Below are positions 19,832 to 28,306 of a stretch of DNA of 36,856 nucleotides, piece by piece (position 1 is the stretch's first letter; each line of letters starts with the position of its first letter). Below the pieces are notes generated by a model, which worked only from the letters and a program-made list of their open reading frames with translations, had not been told where the DNA came from and made no database searches. Source of the stretch: a bacterium (GTDB taxonomy: Bacteria > UBA10199 > 2-02-FULL-44-16 > DYJF01); assembly GCA_041739675.1 (NCBI GenBank), contig JBGSNL010000059.1, forward strand, positions 1 through 36,856, given 5' to 3'. A program made the translations under genes and the position numbers.

Positions 19832-20589
19832 AAGATTCGCTGGCGACAGTTGAATACAAGGAGTTCGTCGGAGAAAAATATTTTCGCCTCGGCCTGAAGG
19901 TGGGATGGAATGAGTTCGTCCCCGGCCAATTTGTGATGGTGGAAGTACCTGGACATGACATCCTGCTCCGCAGACCGTTCGGTATTGTCAAACTGGACGG
20001 CGGCGTGCTTGAGGTCTGCTGCAAGATAGTCGGCAAAGGCACGGCGGCACTCTCCAAAATAGAAAAGGGCCAGGCGACTTCCGTTCTGGGCCCGCTGGGC
20101 AAAGGTTTCAATCCTTCTAAAGATATCAAGACCGCGCTTCTCGTTGCGGGCGGATACGGCATCGCGCCGCTTCTGCCGCTCGCAAAAACTGCGGCCGAAA
20201 ACGGAGCGAAAATAATTTTCTATTACGGCGCGAAAAAATCATCCGATCTTTTATACACTAATGAATTGAAATCTCTTGGTGTCGATCTGAGACTTGCAAC
20301 GGAGGACGGGAGCGCGGGCGAGAAGGGTTTCTTGACCCGTCGGTTGGAAAAAGAGATCATGGAATTCAACGATGCGGCGATTTTCTGCTGCGGGCCCCAC
20401 GGCCTTTTGAGTGAGACGGCAAAGATCGCCGCGAAAATGAACATGCCGGCGCAGGTGTCGCTGGAGCGTTACATGGCGTGCGGCATAGGAGTTTGTCTGG
20501 GATGCGTCGTCAAATTGCGCGACGGAACATATGTCCGCGCCTGCAGGGAAGGCCCGGTCTTCAACGCGGCGGATATAATCTGGGAATAA
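19828..20589 (+). CDS. pyrK: Dihydroorotate dehydrogenase B electron transfer subunit
   Basis: PGQFVM, RRPF, GPLGKGF, AGGYGIAP, MACGIGVCLGC...CREGPVF. Confidence 0.93.
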   Translation: MKDSLATVEYKEFVGEKYFRLGLKVGWNEFVPGQFVMVEVPGHDILLRRPFGIVKLDGGVLEVCCKIVGKGTAALSKIEKGQATSVLGPLGKGFNPSKDIKTALLVAGGYGIAPLLPLAKTAAENGAKIIFYYGAKKSSDLLYTNELKSLGVDLRLATEDGSAGEKGFLTRRLEKEIMEFNDAAIFCCGPHGLLSETAKIAAKMNMPAQVSLERYMACGIGVCLGCVVKLRDGTYVRACREGPVFNAADIIWE

Positions 20590-20590
20590 A

Positions 20591-21505
20591 ATGCAGCCGA
20601 ATTTGAAAGTGAACATAGGCAAGCTTGAGCTGAAAAATCCGGTGATGGTCGCGTCCGGTACCTTCGGCTACGGCGAGGAGTTCGCCGAGATCTATGACAT
20701 TTCGAAATTGGGCGCAGTCGTTACAAAAGGCATCTCTCTGAAACCGCGCGAGGGAAACCCGATGCCGCGCGTGATCGAGACGCCGTCCGGTCTCATCAAC
20801 GCCATCGGGCTTGCAAATGTCGGGGTCGAGGTTTTCATCAAGGAAAAACTTCCGTTCCTGCGCAAGGCTCAGGCGACTGTCATCGTGAATATTTTCGGCG
20901 AGACGATAGAGGAATACACAGCAGTGGCGCTCAATCTTGAGGGCGCCATGGGAGTGGCCGCCATCGAGCTCAACATCTCGTGCCCGAATGTCTCAGCGGG
21001 CGGCGCCTGCTTCGGCACGGATCCCAAGTCAGCGGAGGCGGTGACGCAAGCGGTGAGAAAGGTCACGTCTTTCCCGCTCATCGTGAAGCTCTCCCCGCAG
21101 GTCTCCTCCATCGTCGACATGGCAAACGCGGTGGTCGGTGTCGGTGCCGATGCGCTCTCGCTTATAAATACGATACCCGCGATGGCCATCGACGTCGCCA
21201 CAAAGCGGCCGGTGCTTGCCAACGTGACAGGGGGTCTTTCGGGCCCCGCAATCAAACCGATTGCGCTCAAGATGGTTTATGAGGTCTGCCGCACGGTCCG
21301 TGTTCCCGTTATCGGGATGGGCGGGATAATGAGCGCTCAAGATGCGATCGAATTCCTCTTGGCCGGCGCAACGGCCGTTCAGATAGGCACAGCAAATTTC
21401 GTGAGGCCGGCTGCAGCCCTCGAAATCATTTCAGGTATCCGCTCCTACCTTACCCTCGAGCAATACGACAATGTGAACCGCATTGTGGGCTCGCTCCAGA
21501 TATGA
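20591..21505 (+). CDS. pyrD: Dihydroorotate dehydrogenase B catalytic subunit (class 1B)
   Basis: ASGTFG, NAIGL, ELNISCPN, KLSP, INT, GGLSGPAIKP, GMGGI. Confidence 0.95.
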   Translation: MQPNLKVNIGKLELKNPVMVASGTFGYGEEFAEIYDISKLGAVVTKGISLKPREGNPMPRVIETPSGLINAIGLANVGVEVFIKEKLPFLRKAQATVIVNIFGETIEEYTAVALNLEGAMGVAAIELNISCPNVSAGGACFGTDPKSAEAVTQAVRKVTSFPLIVKLSPQVSSIVDMANAVVGVGADALSLINTIPAMAIDVATKRPVLANVTGGLSGPAIKPIALKMVYEVCRTVRVPVIGMGGIMSAQDAIEFLLAGATAVQIGTANFVRPAAALEIISGIRSYLTLEQYDNVNRIVGSLQI

Positions 21506-21518
21506 TTTTCATAAGGCC

Positions 21519-21560
21519 TTGACAGAGTAGCATATTTTTCATATCTGTTTTGTGTACACA
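21519..21560 (+). promoter_or_regulatory. gntR promoter with a palindromic operator
   Basis: TTGACA-N17-TATCTG, with the perfect palindrome TGTGTACACA (21551-21560) over the predicted start site. Confidence 0.6.
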
Positions 21561-21602
21561 GGCATAAATCTGTACTTGCTTGTATTTTAAGGAGTTTTAT
21601 AA

Positions 21603-22286
21603 ATGCTGCAGATGAAATTCAGCAAGGCAAAAATGGTCTCACACCTCACGTTGCGCGAGAGGATCGCCGACGCCATACGCGACGAAATCATTGCCGGGCG
21701 GCTCAAGGCCGGCGAAAGGGTCTCGGAACCGGAGGTTGCTGTGCGCTATGGCATCAGCCGCACGCCCGTGCGCGAGGCCTTCAGGCAGTTGGCCGCCGAG
21801 GGCTTTTTGTGGCTCACGCCGAGACGGGGCGCGCGCGTGACTTTCCTGACGGCAAAAGACGTCGAGGAATTCTACGATCTCAAGTCGGTCCTTGAAGGGT
21901 ACGCCGCGAGGGTTGCAACGGCCAATCTTCAGGAAAAGGATCTTCAGAGGATGGAGAGCCTGAACGATCAGATGGAACGCTGTCATCAGAAGGGGGATTT
22001 GAAAAAGATCGCAAAGATACACACCGAGTTCCACAACATATTTTTGGGCGCATCCGGGAACGAGCAGCTCTATTCGATGATACAGCAGCTCGCCAACAAG
22101 TTTCAGCGCTTCACAATTCTGCTTGCGCTATCGGGAAAAAATCCGGAGGCTGTGTCTCAGCACCGTGAGATCATAAACGCCTTTCGCGCGAGGGATGCGT
22201 TCCGTGCCGAGGAGCTGGTTCGTTCCAACGCGCTTTTGGGCAAGGAATTGATGATCAAAGACGTCCTTACCGGCATTCAACATTGA
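21603..22286 (+). CDS. GntR-family transcriptional regulator (FCD/FadR type)
   Basis: wHTH GISRTPVREAF, FCD domain with FH...SGN...H. Confidence 0.93.
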   Translation: MLQMKFSKAKMVSHLTLRERIADAIRDEIIAGRLKAGERVSEPEVAVRYGISRTPVREAFRQLAAEGFLWLTPRRGARVTFLTAKDVEEFYDLKSVLEGYAARVATANLQEKDLQRMESLNDQMERCHQKGDLKKIAKIHTEFHNIFLGASGNEQLYSMIQQLANKFQRFTILLALSGKNPEAVSQHREIINAFRARDAFRAEELVRSNALLGKELMIKDVLTGIQH

Positions 22287-22885
22287 ATATGCTTACATCT
22301 TCGGTTCTGGTCCTAAACCGTACGTTTTTCCCGATTCATGTGACGACGCTCAAGCGCGCGTTTTGCATGCTCTATTCAGGCGTCGCGCGCGTCGTCGATT
22401 CCGAATACCGTACGTTCGATTATGAAAGCTGGGTGCAGCTCGCCGCAGCCGTGAACGACGAAACGGTGGGAATAGTGGGCCGCGTGATTCGCGTGCCGCG
22501 CGTCATTGTGCTGACCGCATACGACAAGCTCCCCAAGCGCCACATAAGATTTTCCCGGCTCAATATTCTGATTCGCGACCGGCACACCTGCCAGTATTGC
22601 GGGCTGAGGCTCAAGCGTTCGCAGCTCAATTTGGACCACGTGATTCCAAGGTCGCGCGGAGGCAAGACGACGTGGGAGAACGTCGTCACGAGCTGTCACA
22701 AATGCAACCGCAAGAAGGGCGGCCAGCTTCCGGAAGAGGCGAATCTCACGCTCATCCGCAAACCGTTTAGGCCCACCGTCGCGCCGTTCCTGGACGCATC
22801 GCTCGGGCCAATCAAATATGATGAATGGCGCCCCTTCTTCAACATCGTCGATTACAGCTACTGGAATGTCGAACTCGAAGAATAA
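22283..22885 (+). CDS. HNH endonuclease (McrA-like stand-alone family)
   Basis: VLVLN, RDRHTCQYCG, LDHVIPRSRGG, WENVVTSCHKCNRKKG. Start is TTG 22283 or ATG 22289. Confidence 0.9.
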   Translation: MNMLTSSVLVLNRTFFPIHVTTLKRAFCMLYSGVARVVDSEYRTFDYESWVQLAAAVNDETVGIVGRVIRVPRVIVLTAYDKLPKRHIRFSRLNILIRDRHTCQYCGLRLKRSQLNLDHVIPRSRGGKTTWENVVTSCHKCNRKKGGQLPEEANLTLIRKPFRPTVAPFLDASLGPIKYDEWRPFFNIVDYSYWNVELEE

Positions 22886-23822
22886 TTTGTTTGTTGTGGG
22901 TCCCACCAAGGCGGGTCTCCGTTTGGATGTCTTTCTGGCATCCGAGCTCAAAAATGTGACTCGCGCAAGAGCCCAAAAGCTCGTTGACGGCGGATTTGTC
23001 CTGATCAACGGGCGTGTGGCGAAGTCTTCCCACAAGGTGAAAAGCGGAGAAGATATCAGAGTGGAGATTCCGCCGCCGGAGATGCACGACGTCTTTCCTG
23101 AAGAGATACCGCTGAAGGTTTTGTTCGAGGACTCCGACATAATAGTGGTCGACAAGCCCGCCGACATGGTGGTTCATCCGGCCCACGGCAACTGGAAGGG
23201 AACTCTGGTCAACGCACTGCTCGCCCACTGCAAGGACCTGTCGGGCATCGGCGGCGAGTTGAAGCCGGGTATCGTGCACAGGCTGGATCGCGGCACGAGC
23301 GGGGTAATTGTTGCTGCAAAAAACGACGTTGCGCACGTTGAGCTTTCAAGGCAGTTCAAGGCGAGAGAGATCAAAAAGATATATAAGGCGCTAGTCTACG
23401 GAAATGTGAAAAACGAATCGGGTGCGATAGACACACCTATAGGCAGATCGGTGAAGGACCGCAAAAAGTTTTCGGCGCGCACACGAAAGGGGAGGGTCGC
23501 CCTCACCGAATGGAAGGTCCTCAAACGATACGGGACCGATCTGACGTTGCTTGAGATAAAATTGCACACGGGCAGGACGCATCAGATAAGAGTGCACTTT
23601 GCGGAGGCCGGTCACGCTCTGGTCGGTGACGCCCTCTACGGAGGAGGCGCAAGGCAGGCGAAAAGGATTTCGGATGGAGGCAGGCGGGCGGTTGTAGAGG
23701 CCTTTGGAAGACCGGCCCTTCACGCCGCAAAGATTGGATTCGAACATCCCACGAAGAAGAAGTGGATGGAATTCGAAGCGCCCCTGCCTCACGATTTCAA
23801 AGAGCTCCTGGATAATCTATGA
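22866..23822 (+). CDS. rluD: RluA/RluD-family 23S rRNA pseudouridine synthase
   Basis: S4 domain (RLDVFLA), DKPADMVVHP, HRLDRGTSG, TGRTHQIRVH. Start at ATG 22866. Confidence 0.9.
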   Translation: MSNSKNNLFVVGPTKAGLRLDVFLASELKNVTRARAQKLVDGGFVLINGRVAKSSHKVKSGEDIRVEIPPPEMHDVFPEEIPLKVLFEDSDIIVVDKPADMVVHPAHGNWKGTLVNALLAHCKDLSGIGGELKPGIVHRLDRGTSGVIVAAKNDVAHVELSRQFKAREIKKIYKALVYGNVKNESGAIDTPIGRSVKDRKKFSARTRKGRVALTEWKVLKRYGTDLTLLEIKLHTGRTHQIRVHFAEAGHALVGDALYGGGARQAKRISDGGRRAVVEAFGRPALHAAKIGFEHPTKKKWMEFEAPLPHDFKELLDNL

Positions 23823-24529
23823 AACGAATCGAGACGACTGTCGGACCTTTATATCAGGCGGAAGGATTTTCGGGTATCCCGTGGATAGAACACGGCTTCG
23901 GGACGCGCGGAATTTTGATAGAAAATTATATTTCCCACTTCGGTCCGAATGATTTTTTGATAGCCAGGACGAATCAGAAGCACGGCAATCGCGTATTCAC
24001 GCTGGACGAAAATCCCCCGAAAAAAATACTGGAAGGGGATGCATTCGTGACCGGGTCGCCCAATGTGGTTTGCTTCGTGAGGACCGCCGATTGCGTGCCC
24101 ATTCTCCTGTGCGACACGGAGAACCGCGTCGTCGGGGCGATCCACGCCGGCTGGCGCGGCCACGTAGCCGACGTCATCGGACACGCCGTCCGCGCGATGA
24201 AGGATTCCTTCGGATCGGATGCCGCAAAGCTCAGCGCGGCTATCGGCCCATCAATTTGCACCGATTGTTACACGGTGGGTGAAGACGTGATCGAATCGTT
24301 CAGCCAGAATGGATTTGCGGATTCTCTCTGGAGCGAAAAGCCTGACAGGAAAAGTTTTTCGCTGAATCTCAGAAGGGCGAGCGAGGAGCTTCTGATCTCC
24401 GCAGGACTTCTCAAAGAAAACATTTCGACGTTGCCTCTTTGCACCTCTTGCCACAACGGCGACTTCGCATCCTACCGCCGCGAGCGCACAGAAAAGTCGC
24501 GCCAGGTGAATTTCATATATATAAAGTGA
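23819..24529 (+). CDS. pgeF: Peptidoglycan editing factor PgeF (YfiH family)
   Basis: HGFGTR, QKHG, TADCVPILL, HAGWRG, IGPSIC, SYRR. Conserved rluD-pgeF synteny. Confidence 0.92.
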   Translation: MKRIETTVGPLYQAEGFSGIPWIEHGFGTRGILIENYISHFGPNDFLIARTNQKHGNRVFTLDENPPKKILEGDAFVTGSPNVVCFVRTADCVPILLCDTENRVVGAIHAGWRGHVADVIGHAVRAMKDSFGSDAAKLSAAIGPSICTDCYTVGEDVIESFSQNGFADSLWSEKPDRKSFSLNLRRASEELLISAGLLKENISTLPLCTSCHNGDFASYRRERTEKSRQVNFIYIK

Positions 24530-25927
24530 TTATCGGGTTCCGCCGACGACGATTTCAGGTATGCGGATCGTTGGTTGGGCGCTGCCGACGGGGACGTCCT
24601 GGCCGTTTTTACTGCATGTGCCTATTGAAAATCCCAGATCTGTGCCTACCTTGTCGATTATCTCCAGAACCTTGGGGCCGTTTCCTATGAGGGTTGCGCC
24701 GCGCACAGGCTCGCCGATTTTTCCATGTTCGATCCTGTAACCCTCTTGTATTTCGAAGATGAAATCCCCGTTGACCGTGTTCACCTGTCCGCCGCCCATT
24801 CTTGTGACGTAAAGTCCCTTTTCGGTGGCCCGGAGAATTCCCTGGGGATTGTCCCTGCCCGGGGCTATCATCGTGTTGGTCATGCGCACTATCGGCGGAT
24901 ACTCGTATGACTCTCGCCGCCCGTTTCCCGTCGGGCTCTTCTTCTCGCGCATCGCCCAGACGCGGTCGTTGAGATAAGTTTTGAGTACTCCCTTGTCTAT
25001 GAGGCACGTCTTCTGCGACAGAGTGCCCTCGTCATCGAACGCGAACGAGCCGCGGCGGCCTTCGATTGTCGCATCGTCAAAGACGGTGATGAGCGAACTT
25101 GCCACTCGCTCCCCGATGCGCGACGAATAAACGGAGAGCCCTTGCCCTGCCAGATCGGCCTCAAGGCCGTGGCCCACGGCTTCGTGGATCATCGTCCCGC
25201 CCGCATCGGAGGCCAAAATCACGGGGATCTGGCCGGCCTTCGCTGGACATGCCTTGAGCATCCTGATTGCGCGCCGGGCCGCGAGCGTTGCAATCTCCTC
25301 GGGCGTTGTCTTTTCAAAAAGCTCAAAACCCACGGTCCCGCCGACTGGCTCATAGCCGGTCTGCAGAATTTTTCCATCCGACGCGACGACGTGGACCAGA
25401 AAAAGAGTCTCGGGCTGCTCGTCTCTTGTAAGCTTGCCGTCCGACGACGCGATCTCGATCTTTCTGATCTTGTCCCTGTATGTTACGCGCACCTGCCTTA
25501 TTTCGCCGCCCATGTTCCACGCGACGTCGGCGGCCCTAAGAGCCGCATCGGTTTTCCGCGCCAGCTGCACGCCGAACGGATGCTGTTTGATTGCGAGGCT
25601 GAATTTCGGCGACGAGGTCTTGAATTTTACGGGCTGATTTACGGTGTCGGTCGGGTGCGAGGCATTTGAGACCGAAGTTGCGAGTTCAACCAGCCGGTCC
25701 ATGTCGTTCGTGGAGCCGTAGGCGGTTTTCGTTTCGCTCAAGACGCGTATGCCCACGCCGAAATCGATGGAGGAGGAGACATTCTCCGTCCGCCTGTCGT
25801 CATGGACGATTAGCGTTGTCGATGACTGCTCTAAAAAAATCTCGGCAAAATCCCCGCCCTTTGAAAGGGCCGCTTTCAGGATCTTCTCAAGCGGCAGGTC
25901 ATCTATCTTCAAATGGGATGTATTCAT
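24530..25927 (-). CDS. tldD: TldD metalloprotease
   Basis: HEAVGHGLEAD, DDEG, TGNGRRE, RMTNT, GTCSKNGQ. Confidence 0.93.
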   Translation of the reverse strand: MNTSHLKIDDLPLEKILKAALSKGGDFAEIFLEQSSTTLIVHDDRRTENVSSSIDFGVGIRVLSETKTAYGSTNDMDRLVELATSVSNASHPTDTVNQPVKFKTSSPKFSLAIKQHPFGVQLARKTDAALRAADVAWNMGGEIRQVRVTYRDKIRKIEIASSDGKLTRDEQPETLFLVHVVASDGKILQTGYEPVGGTVGFELFEKTTPEEIATLAARRAIRMLKACPAKAGQIPVILASDAGGTMIHEAVGHGLEADLAGQGLSVYSSRIGERVASSLITVFDDATIEGRRGSFAFDDEGTLSQKTCLIDKGVLKTYLNDRVWAMREKKSPTGNGRRESYEYPPIVRMTNTMIAPGRDNPQGILRATEKGLYVTRMGGGQVNTVNGDFIFEIQEGYRIEHGKIGEPVRGATLIGNGPKVLEIIDKVGTDLGFSIGTCSKNGQDVPVGSAQPTIRIPEIVVGGTR

Positions 25928-26648
25928 CGTTTCCGGATGAGCTCGTAGTCGCAGGGGCCTGTTTCTTTTGTTTTTCCCCTGTAGTCACTGCGCGAGAGAG
26001 GCGCTTGTTTTCGTCCAGATATTTCTGACGGGCGCCTTCGTCGTCGAGATCGTAGGTCGATCTGGGTTCAAAGCGTTTTGCCGCTTCCCGGTCGAGTTCC
26101 GATCTTGCGGGTTCTGATGTCGCCTGCTGCGCCGGCGTCTTTGATTTTGCCATTTTCACCTTGCCCGACGATAAGCGGCGGTTGTCTTCCATGTATTTTT
26201 CTCTCGCCTGTTCGCCGTCAAGTTCGGTGGGGGATATTTCCTCTTCTGCGCGAACAGAGGTTCTGGTTATCTGTTCCCGTCTCGTCTCAGGTTTTTGAAC
26301 GACAGGTTTTGCCTCGGCTTCCGTTGTTTCGGGTTCGGATTTTTTGGTTTCCGCCACCGGTTCGCTTTTCACAACGTTTTCCGGCGGAGCGATCACTACA
26401 GCCGGAGATGGCAGTGTGATCTGCACGGGTTGCGGCGCGGGCGCGGCCGTCGGGGCTTCAAGTTTGGCAGGAAGAGCCGCGACAGATTTCACTTCCTGTT
26501 TCGTCTTGTCTGCGCTCTCCTTCGGCTTCTTAAGTATCTGGTGAAGAAAGATGATCACCGTCATAAGGACCGCGAGCGCAAGAAGGTTGAATATGATGTT
26601 GGTCGGATGTTTGAGATTTCTTGTTTTTTTCTCAGCGGGTTCTTTCAT
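25899..26648 (-). CDS. Hypothetical single-pass membrane protein with a Pro/Glu-rich stalk and internal repeats
   Basis: AAGGAGG RBS before ATG 26648. One TM helix (IIFNLLALAVLMTVIIFL). Confidence 0.75.
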   Translation of the reverse strand: MKEPAEKKTRNLKHPTNIIFNLLALAVLMTVIIFLHQILKKPKESADKTKQEVKSVAALPAKLEAPTAAPAPQPVQITLPSPAVVIAPPENVVKSEPVAETKKSEPETTEAEAKPVVQKPETRREQITRTSVRAEEEISPTELDGEQAREKYMEDNRRLSSGKVKMAKSKTPAQQATSEPARSELDREAAKRFEPRSTYDLDDEGARQKYLDENKRLSRAVTTGEKQKKQAPATTSSSGNDEYIPFEDR

Positions 26649-26717
26649 GACAGCCTCCTTAACATTCCCCCGATAGCCGGGTCCATACCACGTAATCCCA
26701 ACGATTGTCAAAAGCCC

Positions 26718-26746
26718 TTGTCATAGCCATTTTCGGAAGGTATGCT
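26718..26746 (+). promoter_or_regulatory. sigma70 promoter for glmU
   Basis: TTGTCA-N17-TATGCT. Confidence 0.65.
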
Positions 26747-26757
26747 GCCAAAGTTGC
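26730..26757 (-). promoter_or_regulatory. sigma28-like alternative promoter, copy 3
   Basis: Minus strand GCAACTT-N13-TCCGAAAA upstream of the 26648 gene. Confidence 0.5.
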
Positions 26758-26803
26758 GTGAAAAAAGCCCGCCACCAGGCGACGGCGGGCGAGGAGTGAA
26801 AAA

Positions 26804-28180
26804 ATGGCGAATCTGGCGGCGGTAATTCTTGCGGCTGGCAAGAGCACCAGGATGAAATCGAAGACACCCAAGGTCATGCACCTTCTGGCCGGAAAACCGC
26901 TTATAACCTATCCAATCGAGGCGGCACGCGCACTCAAGGCCAGTCCGCTTCTGGTCGTATCTGGGCCCGGTCAGGACGATGTGGCCCGGGAAGTGAGCGC
27001 TGTCGGCGCCCGTCTTGTGATTCAAAAAGAGGCTCTGGGGACCGGCCATGCAGTTCTCCAGGCGGAGCGCGGCCTCACCCGCTTTGACGGATACGTGCTT
27101 ATTCTCTGCGGAGACGTCCCTCTTATAAAGAAGGAGACGCTGGCCCTCTTTGTGGGTGAAGTGAAAAAAGCCCAGGCTGTCTGCGGTGTGCTGACGATGG
27201 AGCTCAAAAATCCGGGCTCCTACGGCAGGATCATCCGCGATCTGGACGGCCAGCTCGTGCGGATCGTCGAGGCAAAAGATGCGGCCCGCGAACATCTTTC
27301 GGTGAGGGAGGTCAATAGCGGCATTTTCTGCGTGAAGAGAAAATGGCTTTTTGCGACCCTGCACAAGATCGAGCCGTCAAATCGTCAAAAGGAATATTAT
27401 TTAACCGACATAGCGCACCACGCGATAAGCGAGGGCGAAAAAATAATCGCCGTGAAAGGCGACGATCCGAAGGAATTTTTGGGAGTCAACACGCGCGTCG
27501 ATCTGGCGGATGCGATAGCCGTGATGCAGCATAGAATCAACAAGCGCCACATGCTGGCGGGCGTCTCCATTTTGAACCCCGCGCAGACCTATATAGATGC
27601 GGGCGTCAAAATAGGTGACGATACAACGATCTGGCCCGGGACGTTTATCATGGGCAAGACGGTGATAGGTCCGGGCTGCACGATCGAGAACGGAGTCGTT
27701 TTAAAAAACGCAAAGGTTGACGGCGGCGTTCACATAAAATCCTACAGCGTCATAGACGACAGCCAGATTGCACACGCCGCCATTGTGGGGCCATTTTCAA
27801 GGATACGGCCGCAATCGAAGATCGGCAGAAATGTGCGCATCGGAAATTTTGTAGAGGTGAAGAAAAGCCAGATCAAGGACGGAGCAAAGGCGAATCATCT
27901 GACTTATCTGGGGGACGCCTACATCGGCCCGAAGGTCAATGTCGGCTGCGGCACGATCACGTGCAATTACGACGGCCGGGCTAAGTATCGCACAATCGTG
28001 GGCGAGGGGGCTTTCATAGGCAGCGACGTTCAGTTCGTGGCGCCGGTCACGATAGGTAAGGGGGCGACAATCGGCGCCGGATCGACAATCACAAAGAACG
28101 TTCCGGCAAAGGCGTTGGCACTGACAAGGGCGCCGCAGGTTATCGTCAGGAACTGGCATCCGAAAAAGAAAGCGAAATAA
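26804..28180 (+). CDS. glmU: Bifunctional UDP-GlcNAc pyrophosphorylase / GlcN-1-P acetyltransferase
   Basis: LAAGKSTRMKS, LGTGHAV, GDVPL, EYYLTD, GNFVEVK, NHLTYLGD, NYDG, hexapeptide repeats. Confidence 0.97.
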   Translation: MANLAAVILAAGKSTRMKSKTPKVMHLLAGKPLITYPIEAARALKASPLLVVSGPGQDDVAREVSAVGARLVIQKEALGTGHAVLQAERGLTRFDGYVLILCGDVPLIKKETLALFVGEVKKAQAVCGVLTMELKNPGSYGRIIRDLDGQLVRIVEAKDAAREHLSVREVNSGIFCVKRKWLFATLHKIEPSNRQKEYYLTDIAHHAISEGEKIIAVKGDDPKEFLGVNTRVDLADAIAVMQHRINKRHMLAGVSILNPAQTYIDAGVKIGDDTTIWPGTFIMGKTVIGPGCTIENGVVLKNAKVDGGVHIKSYSVIDDSQIAHAAIVGPFSRIRPQSKIGRNVRIGNFVEVKKSQIKDGAKANHLTYLGDAYIGPKVNVGCGTITCNYDGRAKYRTIVGEGAFIGSDVQFVAPVTIGKGATIGAGSTITKNVPAKALALTRAPQVIVRNWHPKKKAK

Positions 28181-28306
28181 ATAGCTGTCAAGGGGCATTT
28201 GAAGGCCTTTTAAATTTTTTCTTCTCAAAGGCCCCCTTGTTTGTTATACGACCAACCTAACTTAACCCGTCGTTTCCATGGGATTTGAAATCTAAGGAGC
28301 CTTTGC

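Noticed and set aside
22283..22885. HNH gene as part of a defence system or CRISPR effector
   Set aside because: Common stand-alone family embedded in a housekeeping operon, with no methylase, cas genes or array nearby
28181..28306. glmS ribozyme
   Set aside because: The conserved AGCGCC...GACGAGG core is not present
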